Assembly: GCA_964578885.1 (NCBI GenBank)
Contig: CAZOEO010000005.1
Location: forward strand, 91,752-155,751
Length of the DNA stretch: 64,000 nucleotides
Direction of reading: 5' to 3'
Source: an uncultured Candidatus Competibacteraceae bacterium
GTDB taxonomy: Bacteria; Bacteroidota; Bacteroidia; CAIKAF01
Of the stretch, positions 1 to 9,810 are shown one piece after another. Position 1 is the stretch's first letter; each line of letters starts with the position of its first letter. The translations under genes and the position numbers were made by a program. The notes beneath the pieces were generated by a model that saw only the letters and a list, made by a program, of their open reading frames with translations, had not been told where the DNA came from and ran no database searches.

Positions 1-543
1 GCCAAAGCCATCGACGAAACCTTTGGCGTCTCCGCTTCCGGCATTCCAAAAGGATTGGTGAACCGGATTCCAAACAACGGCTCCATCGTGATCTCCCATA
101 CCAACTGGGGACAATTGGTCAGCAATCTACTGGCCACACCGCCGGACGCCGACCTGCAAATTCAAGCCAATTACACCCCCTCCGACTCATCTGCCTGTGT
201 TTTTGTAAACGCAAGAGGATTAGGCAATCTTCCTCCAAATACCCGATTGGTGGTCTACTTAACGGAAAACAATTTTATCAACTGGCAAAAAGACTATGAA
301 GCCACGGTAGAAGATATTCCGGACTACAACCACAGCTATATTTTACGCGCTCCGGTAAGCAGCATCTGGGGTTCAGCCATTCCGGCGTCCGCTTTGGCTT
401 CCGGCGCAGATACCACACTTGGGTACGGTATCAAAATAGATCCGGGAAAATGGAATCCGGCCCAATGTCAATTGGTCGCTTTTTTATACAATGATGCTAA
501 CCGGCAAGTGATTCAGGCGGAATCCATGCCACTTGTGCCATAA
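1..543 (+). CDS. hypothetical protein (5' partial; reading frame open to window start)
   Basis: Frame 1 is open from nt 1 through the stop at 543 with no in-frame stop upstream of the first Met at 55. No family recognised. Confidence 0.35.
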   Translation, partial: AKAIDETFGVSASGIPKGLVNRIPNNGSIVISHTNWGQLVSNLLATPPDADLQIQANYTPSDSSACVFVNARGLGNLPPNTRLVVYLTENNFINWQKDYEATVEDIPDYNHSYILRAPVSSIWGSAIPASALASGADTTLGYGIKIDPGKWNPAQCQLVAFLYNDANRQVIQAESMPLVP

Positions 544-546
544 CTT

Positions 547-945
547 ATGTTTCACAAAGTCCTGACAGGATTATTATTCGCACTGTTTCTTTTTGCCGGT
601 TGTGAAAAACCAGCGGGCGAAGGAGGCAATGCCAGTATTCGCGGACGCGTTCTGGTGAAAGATTACAACGCATCCTTTACGGTATTCATACGTGAATATT
701 ATGCGCAAGACCAGCGCGTTTATATTATTTATGGGGATGACCAAGTATATTCCGACGATTTCCGCACAGATTTCAACGGCTGGTATGAATTCCGGTTTTT
801 ACGCCCTGGTCAATATCGTCTTTTTACCTACAGCAAAGACTCCACACTTCAATCTCCTACGCAGCAAGTTCCTGTTTTTGCAGAAGTTACAATCCCTTCG
901 GGCGCATCTGTAGTGAATGCCCCGGATTTGGTCATTTTTGAATAA
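547..945 (+). CDS. hypothetical lipoprotein
   Basis: N-terminal signal peptide with lipobox-like LFAGC. No recognisable family. Confidence 0.4.
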   Translation: MFHKVLTGLLFALFLFAGCEKPAGEGGNASIRGRVLVKDYNASFTVFIREYYAQDQRVYIIYGDDQVYSDDFRTDFNGWYEFRFLRPGQYRLFTYSKDSTLQSPTQQVPVFAEVTIPSGASVVNAPDLVIFE

Positions 946-947
946 GC

Positions 948-1475
948 ATGAACTGTCGTATTCCCCTTCTTTTGATATTGGCGAGCCTTTTGCCATTGCT
1001 TTGTTTCGGACAAGGCAGCGGTAAAAAATCCAGAAAACTGCACCAAATTTCCACTTCCACAGAAACCATTCACGAACCCGCTTTGGGAGGCCCGGTAGTG
1101 CATACCAGCGAAAAAATTTCCTACAACGAACGCGGGGATTGGTACGAGCGAATTTCTTTTAACCGGAGTGGCGATATAACGCGCCGTGAAACCCGCACCT
1201 ACGATGGAAAACGATTGATGGAGGAAACCCTTTGGAATCCAACAGGGAAAAAAGAATGGGTGAGAATCGTGTTCACCTACGACGATAGCGGCTTATGTGT
1301 TGCAGAAGCCGTATTTCGAAAGAAAAAACTACAACATACCGACCGGTTTTTCTATGAAAAAGGATTGCTGGTGAGAGAAGTACGAGAAAACGCGCAAGGG
1401 CGAATCATCCGTGAAAAAAAGTTTGCCTACACCTATTTTGGCTCATCCAATGAACCCAGTGAAGAAACGCCATGA
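948..1475 (+). CDS. hypothetical secreted protein
   Basis: Hydrophobic N-terminal signal peptide (LLLILASLLPLLCFGQ). Start ATGA-coupled to the previous stop. Confidence 0.4.
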   Translation: MNCRIPLLLILASLLPLLCFGQGSGKKSRKLHQISTSTETIHEPALGGPVVHTSEKISYNERGDWYERISFNRSGDITRRETRTYDGKRLMEETLWNPTGKKEWVRIVFTYDDSGLCVAEAVFRKKKLQHTDRFFYEKGLLVREVRENAQGRIIREKKFAYTYFGSSNEPSEETP

Positions 1476-2125
1476 AACCATTATTACTTGCTGAAACCTG
1501 GATGAATGGCCCGGCCGTTCAAATGTTATTGCTTGCCTTTTGCTTTAATCTGTTTTTCCTTGGTTTAAATACACTTTGGTTGTACTATTCACGCAGCCAA
1601 AAAAGAGGATTTGCCTTTTCCTTTCTCACCATTGGTTCCGTAGTATTTATTCTAAGTTATCTACTTGGAGACGGACAACTGGAATTAGGAATGGCGCTTG
1701 GATTATTCGCCATTTTCGGAATTATTCGATACCGAACCCAGCAAATCCCTTTGCGAGAAATGACGCATTTGTTTACGGCCATTGGGATGTCGGTGGTGAA
1801 CGCATTGGGCGGAAAACACCTTTCATTTGCGGAAATTATTTTGGCCAACGTGCTTATTACCGCACTCTTAGTTGTCTATGAAAAATTTCAATTGCTCAAA
1901 AATGAATCTGAACGCACCTTGATTTATGGGCAGATAGAAAACCTGCATCCCAGAAACAGGGAACAGTTACTTCAGGAATTGCGTAGCGTCACTGGCCTGA
2001 ATATTACAGGAGTTACGGTGGTGAAGTATCATCTTCAGAAAAACCAGGCCGTCCTCAAAATCAGATTTTTAAGTCAGGAAGAAGACGATAATGGACTGGC
2101 AGGAGTCGATGATGATGAGGACTAA
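1472..2125 (+). CDS. hypothetical integral membrane protein with acidic C-terminal tail
   Basis: Several predicted TM helices and a DDDED C-terminus. 4-nt overlap with the upstream gene. Confidence 0.4.
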   Translation: MKPLLLAETWMNGPAVQMLLLAFCFNLFFLGLNTLWLYYSRSQKRGFAFSFLTIGSVVFILSYLLGDGQLELGMALGLFAIFGIIRYRTQQIPLREMTHLFTAIGMSVVNALGGKHLSFAEIILANVLITALLVVYEKFQLLKNESERTLIYGQIENLHPRNREQLLQELRSVTGLNITGVTVVKYHLQKNQAVLKIRFLSQEEDDNGLAGVDDDED

Positions 2126-2801
2126 AATATTTCTTTTGGGACTTCTCTTCCCTGCTCTGGTCTCTGGCCAAAGCATGATTCATGACGGCATGTTGTGGAC
2201 AGGAATTCGTTTAAAAAGAACCTGGAATCGCCAATGGGAAAGTCATGTGCACCTGGAACATCGCTGGAACGAAAACATAAGCCAATCACAAAAAGGATAC
2301 CTGCAAGTGGGAACATCCTATTCGCCGCTTCAAGGTATTAGCCTAAACCTCGCATATAGAATCGACGAACGCTTCCGGCTCACGCAAGGGCAGCATCATA
2401 CCCGGCATCGCATTCAGGCCGGAATCACGTTATCCCGAAAAATAAAACGGTTTGAATTTAGTTTGCGTTCACATGGCCAAATGCGCTACGATACTCGTCC
2501 GGACCAGAACATTCCATGGCGGTTTCACCTCAGAGAGCGGTTTAAAATCGAATACAAATGGCCCCAACTTCCTCTAAAAACCGAACTGGGTTATGAAGCC
2601 TGGTTTCCTTTGAATGGAAATGCAGAAACACCCATTTCAAGGCATCGGTTCTCCATCGCACAAGACTGGGAATTCCTGAAAGGGCAGACCCTCACGCTGG
2701 GGCTGATTTATCAGATTAACACGGCTTTTGCTGCAAGAAACCGAGACATTGGACTTCTGGTGCGTTATACTTTCGACTGGAAACCGATGAAAAGGAAATA
2801 G
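2091..2801 (+). CDS. hypothetical secreted protein, possibly an outer-membrane beta-barrel
   Basis: Signal peptide ending SGQ. Alternating aromatic/polar beta-strand-like pattern and Y/F/W-rich C-terminus. Confidence 0.35.
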   Translation: MDWQESMMMRTKIFLLGLLFPALVSGQSMIHDGMLWTGIRLKRTWNRQWESHVHLEHRWNENISQSQKGYLQVGTSYSPLQGISLNLAYRIDERFRLTQGQHHTRHRIQAGITLSRKIKRFEFSLRSHGQMRYDTRPDQNIPWRFHLRERFKIEYKWPQLPLKTELGYEAWFPLNGNAETPISRHRFSIAQDWEFLKGQTLTLGLIYQINTAFAARNRDIGLLVRYTFDWKPMKRK

Positions 2802-2861
2802 CACAAGCGCGCGACCACTACATCCGGGAAAAATGAATCAAGATTCCCTATCTTCGTTTTT

Positions 2862-3230
2862 ATGGAAATGCAAACTTGGCCCATTCTGGCGTTAATTGGG
2901 ATTGCCGCCGGATATTTGAGTGGATTTGTAGGTGTTGGCGGAGGAATCATCATGGTTCCGGCGCTGGTTTACTTTTTAGGTTTATCGCAGCATATGGCGC
3001 AAGGAACCAGTTTGGCAGTGCTGATGGTGCCCGTAGGCATACTCGGAGTATGGAATTATTATCAGAAAGGACAAGTTCATTTTTCTTATGCGGCGGTGAT
3101 TGCCTTATTTTTTGTGGCCGGAAGTTTTTTCGGCTCCAAATACGCTTTAAAGCTAGACGCCAGCATGGTACGTCGCATTTTCGGTATCTTTCTGCTGTTG
3201 GTTTCTGTGAAATTTATACTTGGTAAATGA
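2862..3230 (+). CDS. TauE/SafE (DUF81) family membrane protein, half-size (4 TM)
   Basis: Motifs GFVGVGGGIIMVPALVYFLGL and QGTSLAVLMVPVGILG are typical of sulfite-exporter TauE/SafE repeats. Only one repeat is present. Confidence 0.5.
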   Translation: MEMQTWPILALIGIAAGYLSGFVGVGGGIIMVPALVYFLGLSQHMAQGTSLAVLMVPVGILGVWNYYQKGQVHFSYAAVIALFFVAGSFFGSKYALKLDASMVRRIFGIFLLLVSVKFILGK

Positions 3231-4420
3231 CACAAGACCCAGCCGTATTTTTAGCCGAGTTCCAGAAAAATGCGGAAACATGGACCCGGATTAGGGAACA
3301 ATTGCATCGTTATCCTGAGCTTTCCTTTCAAGAAGAAAAAACGGCAGCCTTCCTTTCGGACATGCTTACCAAATGGGGCATTGAACATCAGACAAAGGTG
3401 GGAGGACATGGCATTGTCGCCATTTTAAACGGAACCGCTCCAGGGCCATGCATCGGACTTCGTGCCGATATGGACGCACTCCCCATTCAAACCGCCTTAA
3501 AAACACCTTACGCTTCGCAGCATAACGGATGCATGCACGCCTGTGGACATGATGTACACATGACGTCGTTGTTGGCGGCCATCCATTGGTTACACCAACA
3601 TCGGGATCTATGGAAAGGAAGTGTGAAAGCGATTTTTCAGCCGGGTGAAGAAAAACTTCCCGGCGGAGCCACATATATAATCGAAGCCGGTGTTCTGCAG
3701 GAACATCCAAGACCTGAATGGATGATGGCCTTGCACGTAGCACCAGATTTACCAATCGGTCATTTTGGATTCCGTTCCGGACCGTATATGGCTTCTACAG
3801 ACGAGTTATATTTCACGTTGAAAGGCACTGGAGGGCATGCGGCCTTACCTCATTTACTGACCGATCCCATTATGGCGGCGGCCCGGCTCATCCTTCAGCT
3901 TCAGGACATTCCCGCGAGGTTCGCACCACCGGACGTGCCCACCCGCTTGTCCATTGGACGAATCGACGCACCCGGCGCCACCAACGTGATTCCCGCAGAA
4001 GTGAAGTTGAGCGGAACATTCCGGACCTTTGACGAAACCTGGAGAGCAAAAGCACATCAACATATCAAAGATTTGGCGAAGTCCATTGGTGACCAGCATG
4101 GTCTCACCATAGACGCTGAAATCCTGTCCGGATACCCATCCTTGAAAAATGATCCAAAATGGACAGAGCAAGTGCGAGAAAAAGCGATTCATCTGGTCGG
4201 CCAAAACGCCGTGCATGATTTGCCCATTCGCATGACGGCAGAAGATTTTGCATGGTATGGAACGCATGTGCCCATTGTGTTTTTCCGTTTAGGCACATCC
4301 AATCAAAAGCCGGAAACCCGTTTTTCTGTGCACCATCCTTCTTTCGACGTAGATCCTGCTTCGCCATGTTATGGAGGCGCCATATTAAGCTGGCAGATTT
4401 TACATTTTTTAAAAAAATGA
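3227..4420 (+). CDS. M20D family amidohydrolase (N-acyl-L-amino acid amidohydrolase / hippurate hydrolase-like)
   Basis: Metal-binding motifs MHACGHD and QPGEE plus the overall M20 peptidase architecture. Start overlaps the previous stop. Confidence 0.8.
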   Translation: MTQDPAVFLAEFQKNAETWTRIREQLHRYPELSFQEEKTAAFLSDMLTKWGIEHQTKVGGHGIVAILNGTAPGPCIGLRADMDALPIQTALKTPYASQHNGCMHACGHDVHMTSLLAAIHWLHQHRDLWKGSVKAIFQPGEEKLPGGATYIIEAGVLQEHPRPEWMMALHVAPDLPIGHFGFRSGPYMASTDELYFTLKGTGGHAALPHLLTDPIMAAARLILQLQDIPARFAPPDVPTRLSIGRIDAPGATNVIPAEVKLSGTFRTFDETWRAKAHQHIKDLAKSIGDQHGLTIDAEILSGYPSLKNDPKWTEQVREKAIHLVGQNAVHDLPIRMTAEDFAWYGTHVPIVFFRLGTSNQKPETRFSVHHPSFDVDPASPCYGGAILSWQILHFLKK

Positions 4421-4448
4421 ATATTTTATCCGCCTAATTCACCCCTTT

Positions 4449-6068
4449 ATGACATCCAAAACTTTCATTGCCTTACTTAGCTTGAGCTTATTTTGCTCAA
4501 ATTCAGCTTACTCCCAAAAACACAAGGTATCTTTCGGAGACAAACAAAAAGTGTCGAAAGCAGACGGCCGAACGCCCGGACCCATTTTGGGCGGAACAGA
4601 AAATGGCAGTTATCAACTTCGATATCAGTATAACTACACGTTTCTTCTGTTTTTCACGCTGGTAAAGGTGAATCCCATGCTGGCGTTATTGGACGCAGAA
4701 TCCATGTCGCTCAAATGGTCCAAACCCATTCTCACCAAAGAAGACTTGCCGGAAGACATCCGTGTTCCGGAAAGCTATTCTTCGCTGGAAGTTGTTGGCG
4801 ACAAGATTTTTGCGGCCTTTAATCGGTACGACGCCAAGTCGAAAACATTTGAAGTATACGCCTTTTATTTGAATGCCCAAGGAAAAAAGATGGGGAAAGT
4901 CACCCGAATTCATCGGGAAAAAGTAAATAACTGGACGGGTGTAGGCGATGTCGACATCGTCTTTTCGGAAGATAAAAAGCACTTTTTATTTTTCTACAAG
5001 GAAGAGAGCGGCAGAAAGGAAGAAGAATCTTATACATTCAAAATCTTTACCCAGGATTTGGAGCTTGCGCACACCCGCGAGGTTACTTTCCCTGTTCAGG
5101 ACCGATATTTCCTGTTTAATCAGATTGCTTTAGCCAACGACAAAGAGGTGTATATCAGCTCTTCCGTATATGACGATGAAGAAAACAACAACGACGGCAA
5201 AAGAAAGAAACGGGTAAAATCCAAAACCGGATCATGGGTAATCCACCTGTTCAGCTTCCGGATGGATGAAGAAACCGAGGGAGAAATCAAAGATTTGGAA
5301 TTGAATTTAAAAAGTCGGTATGTCACGAGTGCCCGCTTTAAACTAACCGACGAGCGGGTGATTGCCAGTGGCTTCTACGGGAAAAAGCCGGGAACAGTAA
5401 ACGGTGTTGTATCCTTAATTTATGACCGGGAAAAAGATGAGATCATTCGCGACGATATGGAAGAGTTACCGGCATCTACCCTGGCAGATTTCGGAAAATC
5501 AAGCCAAAAAGCCGGGAAACTCAGTGCCAATAACATGTTCATTAAAGACTTGTCGATTAGCAAGGACGGTTCATATTATATGTTAGGTGAGCAATATTAT
5601 GTGGTGGAAGTGACGCGCACCAGCAGCAATGGATTTATTTATACGGATTATTATTACCATTACAACGACTTGCTGCTTACCAAAGTAGATCCAAACGGTG
5701 ACATCGCATGGTCGCACCGGGTAGGAAAAAAGTCCTATACCAGAATTGAAAACAATCTTGGATATGGATGCTATATGCACCATAACAAAGAGACCGACAT
5801 GGTGTATTTGGTATTCAATGACAATCCGGATAATTTCAAGCTCATCCAGGATGGCAAGTTCAAAACAACCACATATGGATCTAGCCATGTGGTGTCGGTG
5901 AATGTGAGCCCGGATGGCAAAATGACGAAAACGTTACTTTGGAACAATAAGGAGAAAAAGCTCCTTTTCCATCCAGAATTATCCAGCCAGGTTTCGGCCG
6001 CCTCCGCCTTTTTGGCTTGTCAGCGCGGCAGAAATTCCAGCACGGTCACGGTGACGTTCGCTCAATAA
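4449..6068 (+). CDS. hypothetical secreted protein
   Basis: N-terminal signal peptide, 539 aa. No recognised domain. Confidence 0.45.
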   Translation: MTSKTFIALLSLSLFCSNSAYSQKHKVSFGDKQKVSKADGRTPGPILGGTENGSYQLRYQYNYTFLLFFTLVKVNPMLALLDAESMSLKWSKPILTKEDLPEDIRVPESYSSLEVVGDKIFAAFNRYDAKSKTFEVYAFYLNAQGKKMGKVTRIHREKVNNWTGVGDVDIVFSEDKKHFLFFYKEESGRKEEESYTFKIFTQDLELAHTREVTFPVQDRYFLFNQIALANDKEVYISSSVYDDEENNNDGKRKKRVKSKTGSWVIHLFSFRMDEETEGEIKDLELNLKSRYVTSARFKLTDERVIASGFYGKKPGTVNGVVSLIYDREKDEIIRDDMEELPASTLADFGKSSQKAGKLSANNMFIKDLSISKDGSYYMLGEQYYVVEVTRTSSNGFIYTDYYYHYNDLLLTKVDPNGDIAWSHRVGKKSYTRIENNLGYGCYMHHNKETDMVYLVFNDNPDNFKLIQDGKFKTTTYGSSHVVSVNVSPDGKMTKTLLWNNKEKKLLFHPELSSQVSAASAFLACQRGRNSSTVTVTFAQ

Positions 6069-6200
6069 TTTCCCCGGATCATCCGGATCAGGCCCCGTAC
6101 AGGTTTTCTTGTACGGGGCTTGTTGTTTGGCGACAGTGGTAACCGATGAAAGCCTTGTTATTACGAGTATCCCAGATAGAAAAGCTGGAATTTCATGGGG

Positions 6201-6440
6201 CGAACCGATTTTAATCGTTTATAATCGTTTATACACGATTAATAAACGAATCGTGTCGGGCGTTTGTCGTAGCTTGTCCACGGGGAGGGGTGGGTGCAAC
6301 CCGGGGGTCGCACAAGGTCCTTCATCAAAGAGGTTTACCCGATGATTCAGGCGTTTGAAAAAATCCGTTGGAAAACATTCAGGTGAACTATCTCGATCAC
6401 CAGCAGATTCACCAATGGAAGGCCTTTACAGGATTTTTCA
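6201..6440. repeat. copy A of a ~230-bp dispersed repeat family
   Basis: Near-identical stretches shared with 7330-7565, e.g. cgtttataatcgtttatacacg and ttgtccacggggaggggtgggtgcaacccgggggtcgcacaagg. Confidence 0.6.
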
Positions 6441-6504
6441 AAGGCAAAAGTAAAATCATCCTTTTTTTGTTCCTTTGGGCTTCATAAACTAAGCCGCTTT
6501 TTAT

Positions 6505-6849
6505 ATGAGTCAATTGCCCGTCTGTCCCAAATGCCAATGCGAATACACTTACGAAAGCAATAATCAGGTGGTGTGCCCCGAATGTTTTTATGAATGGGAC
6601 CCCACAATACAATCAAACGAAGACGAAGAGGTTTCGGCGGTGGTGTTAGACGCCAACGGGAATGCGCTTCAAAACGGTGATGCTGTAATCATAATCAAAG
6701 ACTTGCCCGTGAAAGGTGCTCCCAAACCGTTAAAAGCAGGAACCAAGGTGAAAAATATCCGCCTGACAGACGGTGACCATAACATCAGCTGTAAAATAGA
6801 TGGTTTCGGGTCCATGGCACTCAAATCAGAATTTGTAAAAAAGGCTTAA
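6505..6849 (+). CDS. phnA: PhnA/YjdC family zinc-ribbon protein
   Basis: N-terminal CPKC...CPEC zinc ribbon. C-terminal segment [36 protein letters not shown] is near-identical to E. coli PhnA (YjdC). Confidence 0.85.
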   Translation: MSQLPVCPKCQCEYTYESNNQVVCPECFYEWDPTIQSNEDEEVSAVVLDANGNALQNGDAVIIIKDLPVKGAPKPLKAGTKVKNIRLTDGDHNISCKIDGFGSMALKSEFVKKA

Positions 6850-7146
6850 GATCAGCGCTTTATCTTCTCTTCCCTTTATCGCACCGGGGTTTGGGTTTCC
6901 CGTATTTGAGTTTCATCAAATCGGCCCGGCGCATTTTTGGCTTCCCATTTTGTTTTTTCTTTTTTCTCTTGATAAGCCTCGCCCACATGATTGCATTGGG
7001 GAATCCGTAACGAAATGTTTTTCATCCTGTATGGCGGAAGAGCTTCCAGACCCGGCCACTTTAGTACAACAAATGTCGTACTAAAAAAATTACAAGTAAC
7101 TTACAATGAGTAAGTTATCAAAAGGACAAAAAACAAATAAGTCATC

Positions 7147-7250
7147 AAAGAGATTGACCCAATCAGTCAGACGTTTGAAAAAATCCGTCTGGAATCACCC
7201 AAGTGAACCATCTCAATCACCAGCAGAGTTACAAATGGAGGGACTTCGTT
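7147..7250. repeat. partial copy C (3' ~100 bp) of the repeat family
   Basis: Matches the 3' portion of copies A and B: gtttgaaaaaatccgt...caagtgaaccatctcaatcaccagcaga.t.acaaatgga.gg. Confidence 0.5.
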
Positions 7251-7329
7251 AAACATCCTTCCTGTAAAAAGAAATCTCTTGAGGACAGCGGAGTTGGTGC
7301 TCCGTTTCATCTGGAATTTTCTTCGCTCA

Positions 7330-7565
7330 GTCCAGAACCGATTTTAAACGTTTATAATCGTTTATACACGGTTAATCACCGAATCTTATCGGGTGTTTGT
7401 CGTAGATTGTCCACGGGGAGGGGTGGGTGCAACCCGGGGGTCGCACAAGGTTCTTCATCAAAGAGGTTGATCCGATGATTCAGGCGTTTGGAAAAATTCG
7501 TTTGGAAATATACAAGCGAACCATTTGGATAACCAACAGAATCACAAATGAAAGGCCTTTCCCGG
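7330..7565. repeat. copy B of the ~230-bp repeat family
   Basis: High nucleotide identity to 6201-6440. Its 3' end supplies the last codons of the methyltransferase gene on the minus strand. Confidence 0.6.
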
Positions 7566-8165
7566 ATCTTTTCGGGCCAATAGACGCACCACACGTCCTT
7601 CTCCTGCATGTCCCACGCCTTCATTCAAGTGCAGGGTTTGAGTGGCAAGATACATGATTTCTAAACCTTCAAAATCTAAACGCAACATCTCAGGAGTAAA
7701 CAGCATGTCGATGTCTTTCGGGCCGCCACTTGAAAAGGACACTTGATCTACATGAAATCCTTCTAACAACAGCCATCCGCCTGGTTTGAGCCAGGAAATA
7801 TATTGCGTATGTATTTTTTGCCGGATGTCTTTGGGCAGATGAAGATAAATGGATGCAATTAAATCGAACTGTGATTCCGGAAACGCAACAGACTCCATAG
7901 AGGCGAGCATGTATTGAAGGGATTCTCCATAATGCCCCCATTGTTCCAGGGCATGTTTTCTTGCGATTTCGCTTTGATCGGCGGCGGTTACTTTCCAGCC
8001 GTTTTGAAGTAAAAAACCTGCATTTCGGCCTTCACCTTCTCCGGGTAAAAAAGCATTGCCCGGCCTTGTATTACGCTGTTTCACGAAATCTGCCAACCAC
8101 TGGTTGGGTAAAATCCCATATAAATGAGGTACTTGCGTAAAACGTTGGTCCCAAAATGCTTTCAT
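7542..8165 (-). CDS. class I SAM-dependent methyltransferase (TehB/TPMT-like)
   Basis: Rossmann-fold MT motifs (LLPGEGEGRNAGFLLQNGWKVTAADQS, DLIASIYLHL). 207 aa. Confidence 0.7.
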   Translation of the reverse strand: MKAFWDQRFTQVPHLYGILPNQWLADFVKQRNTRPGNAFLPGEGEGRNAGFLLQNGWKVTAADQSEIARKHALEQWGHYGESLQYMLASMESVAFPESQFDLIASIYLHLPKDIRQKIHTQYISWLKPGGWLLLEGFHVDQVSFSSGGPKDIDMLFTPEMLRLDFEGLEIMYLATQTLHLNEGVGHAGEGRVVRLLARKDPGKAFHL

Positions 8166-8493
8166 AAAAAATAGTCTAGAACGATAGGTACGATGGCAGA
8201 AAGAGTGAGCCTCTTGCCCAATCGTGTTTAATTTTTAAATGTACAACATAATAAACCATTTATATGAAGAATGGTTTAAAAACACATGTTGTTTTAATAA
8301 ATCTCCTGATCTTCTGAGAGAGGGTTTCCTCGGGTGGTGCGCCAGGGGGTGAAGCAGAAAGCCCGGAATGCGCTAAAGAATACGCAAAGAAAATCATGCG
8401 TGCTTTGGCGCATGAGGACTTTTCGCGTAAGACCCGATGCCGCCGAAAAAGTACTCGGCAGGAAAAACAATACGGGCGGCAGGCGCCAAAAAA

Positions 8494-9735
8494 TTAAACG
8501 TTTTGAATCGCCGTGCTAAACTGGCTTTTCTCGAGGGCCTGGACCGCAAATTCGCGGGTGAGGGTAAAGGTGTGGTCCGGTTTTTCGGGAGCGTCGAACA
8601 TGACATCGTTCATGATGGCTTCGCAAATGGACCGCAAACCGCGTGCGCCAAGTTTATAGGCCATGGCACGTTCAACGATTTCATTTAGTGCTTCTTCTTC
8701 TACCACCAGCGTAATGCCGTCGATGGCCAAAAGGCGCTGGTACTGACGAATCAGTGCATTTTTGGGTTCGGTAAGTATGCGTCGCAGGGCATCGGCATCC
8801 AGCGGATCCAGAGAGGCCACCACCGGCAAACGACCGACGAGTTCGGGAATAAGTCCGAAGTTCTTGATATCCTGTGGATTCACATACTGCAGCAAACTTT
8901 CACGCTGTAAAACGGCTTGGGTTTTTCCGGAATTAAATCCGATGGATTGCCGGGATAATCGGTCGGAAATACGGCGTTCAATGCCGTCGAATGCTCCGCC
9001 ACAGATAAAGAGAATTTGCCTTGTATCTACGGCTATGAGTTTTTGTTCCGGGTGCTTTCGTCCGCCTTGTGGTGGAACTTGAATAACAGACCCTTCCAGA
9101 AGTTTTAATAATCCTTGCTGTACGCCTTCTCCGGACACGTCCCGGGTAATGGAAGGATTATCTGACTTACGGGCAATCTTGTCTATTTCATCAATAAAAA
9201 CAATGCCTTGCTCTGCCTTTTGGACATTGTAATCGGCGGCTTGCAGGAGGCGAGAAAGGACACTTTCCACATCTTCTCCCACGTAACCGGCTTCAGTAAG
9301 TACGGTGGCGTCGGCGATACAAAAGGGTACATTGAGCATTTTGGCGATGGAACGGGCCAACAGGGTTTTTCCAGTTCCCGTTTCACCGATTAAAATCACG
9401 TTTGATTTTTCGATTTCCACGTCCTCGTCCTTCGTGGGTTGCGCCAAACGTTTGTAATGGTTGTAAACGGCCACGGAAAGTACGCGCTTGGCTCTGTCCT
9501 GACCAATAACGTATTGGTCTAAATGGGCTTTAATGGCAGAAGGCCGTAAGGTATTGAGGGCCGATTCTACCTTTTTGGATTCATTTTCCCTGAGGTTCAT
9601 GGCCACGATATCGCGGGCTTGTTCTACACATTCATTACAGATATTCCCTTCCGGACCGGTGATGAGTAGGTTCACGGCATGTCGGGGGCGCAGACAGAAG
9701 GCGCAATGGTCCTCTTTTCTGGAGTTTTTAGCCAT
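8494..9735 (-). CDS. clpX: ATP-dependent Clp protease ATP-binding subunit ClpX
   Basis: N-terminal C4 zinc finger (CAFC...CNEC), Walker A GETGTGKT, ClpX-specific motifs. Conserved tig-clpP-clpX order. Confidence 0.95.
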   Translation of the reverse strand: MAKNSRKEDHCAFCLRPRHAVNLLITGPEGNICNECVEQARDIVAMNLRENESKKVESALNTLRPSAIKAHLDQYVIGQDRAKRVLSVAVYNHYKRLAQPTKDEDVEIEKSNVILIGETGTGKTLLARSIAKMLNVPFCIADATVLTEAGYVGEDVESVLSRLLQAADYNVQKAEQGIVFIDEIDKIARKSDNPSITRDVSGEGVQQGLLKLLEGSVIQVPPQGGRKHPEQKLIAVDTRQILFICGGAFDGIERRISDRLSRQSIGFNSGKTQAVLQRESLLQYVNPQDIKNFGLIPELVGRLPVVASLDPLDADALRRILTEPKNALIRQYQRLLAIDGITLVVEEEALNEIVERAMAYKLGARGLRSICEAIMNDVMFDAPEKPDHTFTLTREFAVQALEKSQFSTAIQNV

Positions 9736-9810
9736 TGGAGACGTTAAAAACGTGGATAAAAGATTAATCCACCGCCCGAAAAAAGAGCGGTGGATTAAAC
9801 ATGGTAAAAA

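Noticed and set aside
6109-6345. 78-aa ORF (and its counterpart 7203-7478, 91 aa) sharing the peptide …VYNRLYT.N.RI.SGVCR.LSTGRGGCNPGVAQG…
   Set aside because: The similarity is at the nucleotide level across a dispersed repeat. The ORFs are just translations of the repeat unit and lack plausible starts or RBS context.
6409-6612. 67-aa minus-strand ORF ending …KAFHW, similar to the methyltransferase C-terminus …KAFHL
   Set aside because: A pseudo-fragment generated by the repeat copy that carries the 3' end of the methyltransferase gene. It is too short and overlaps the phnA start region.
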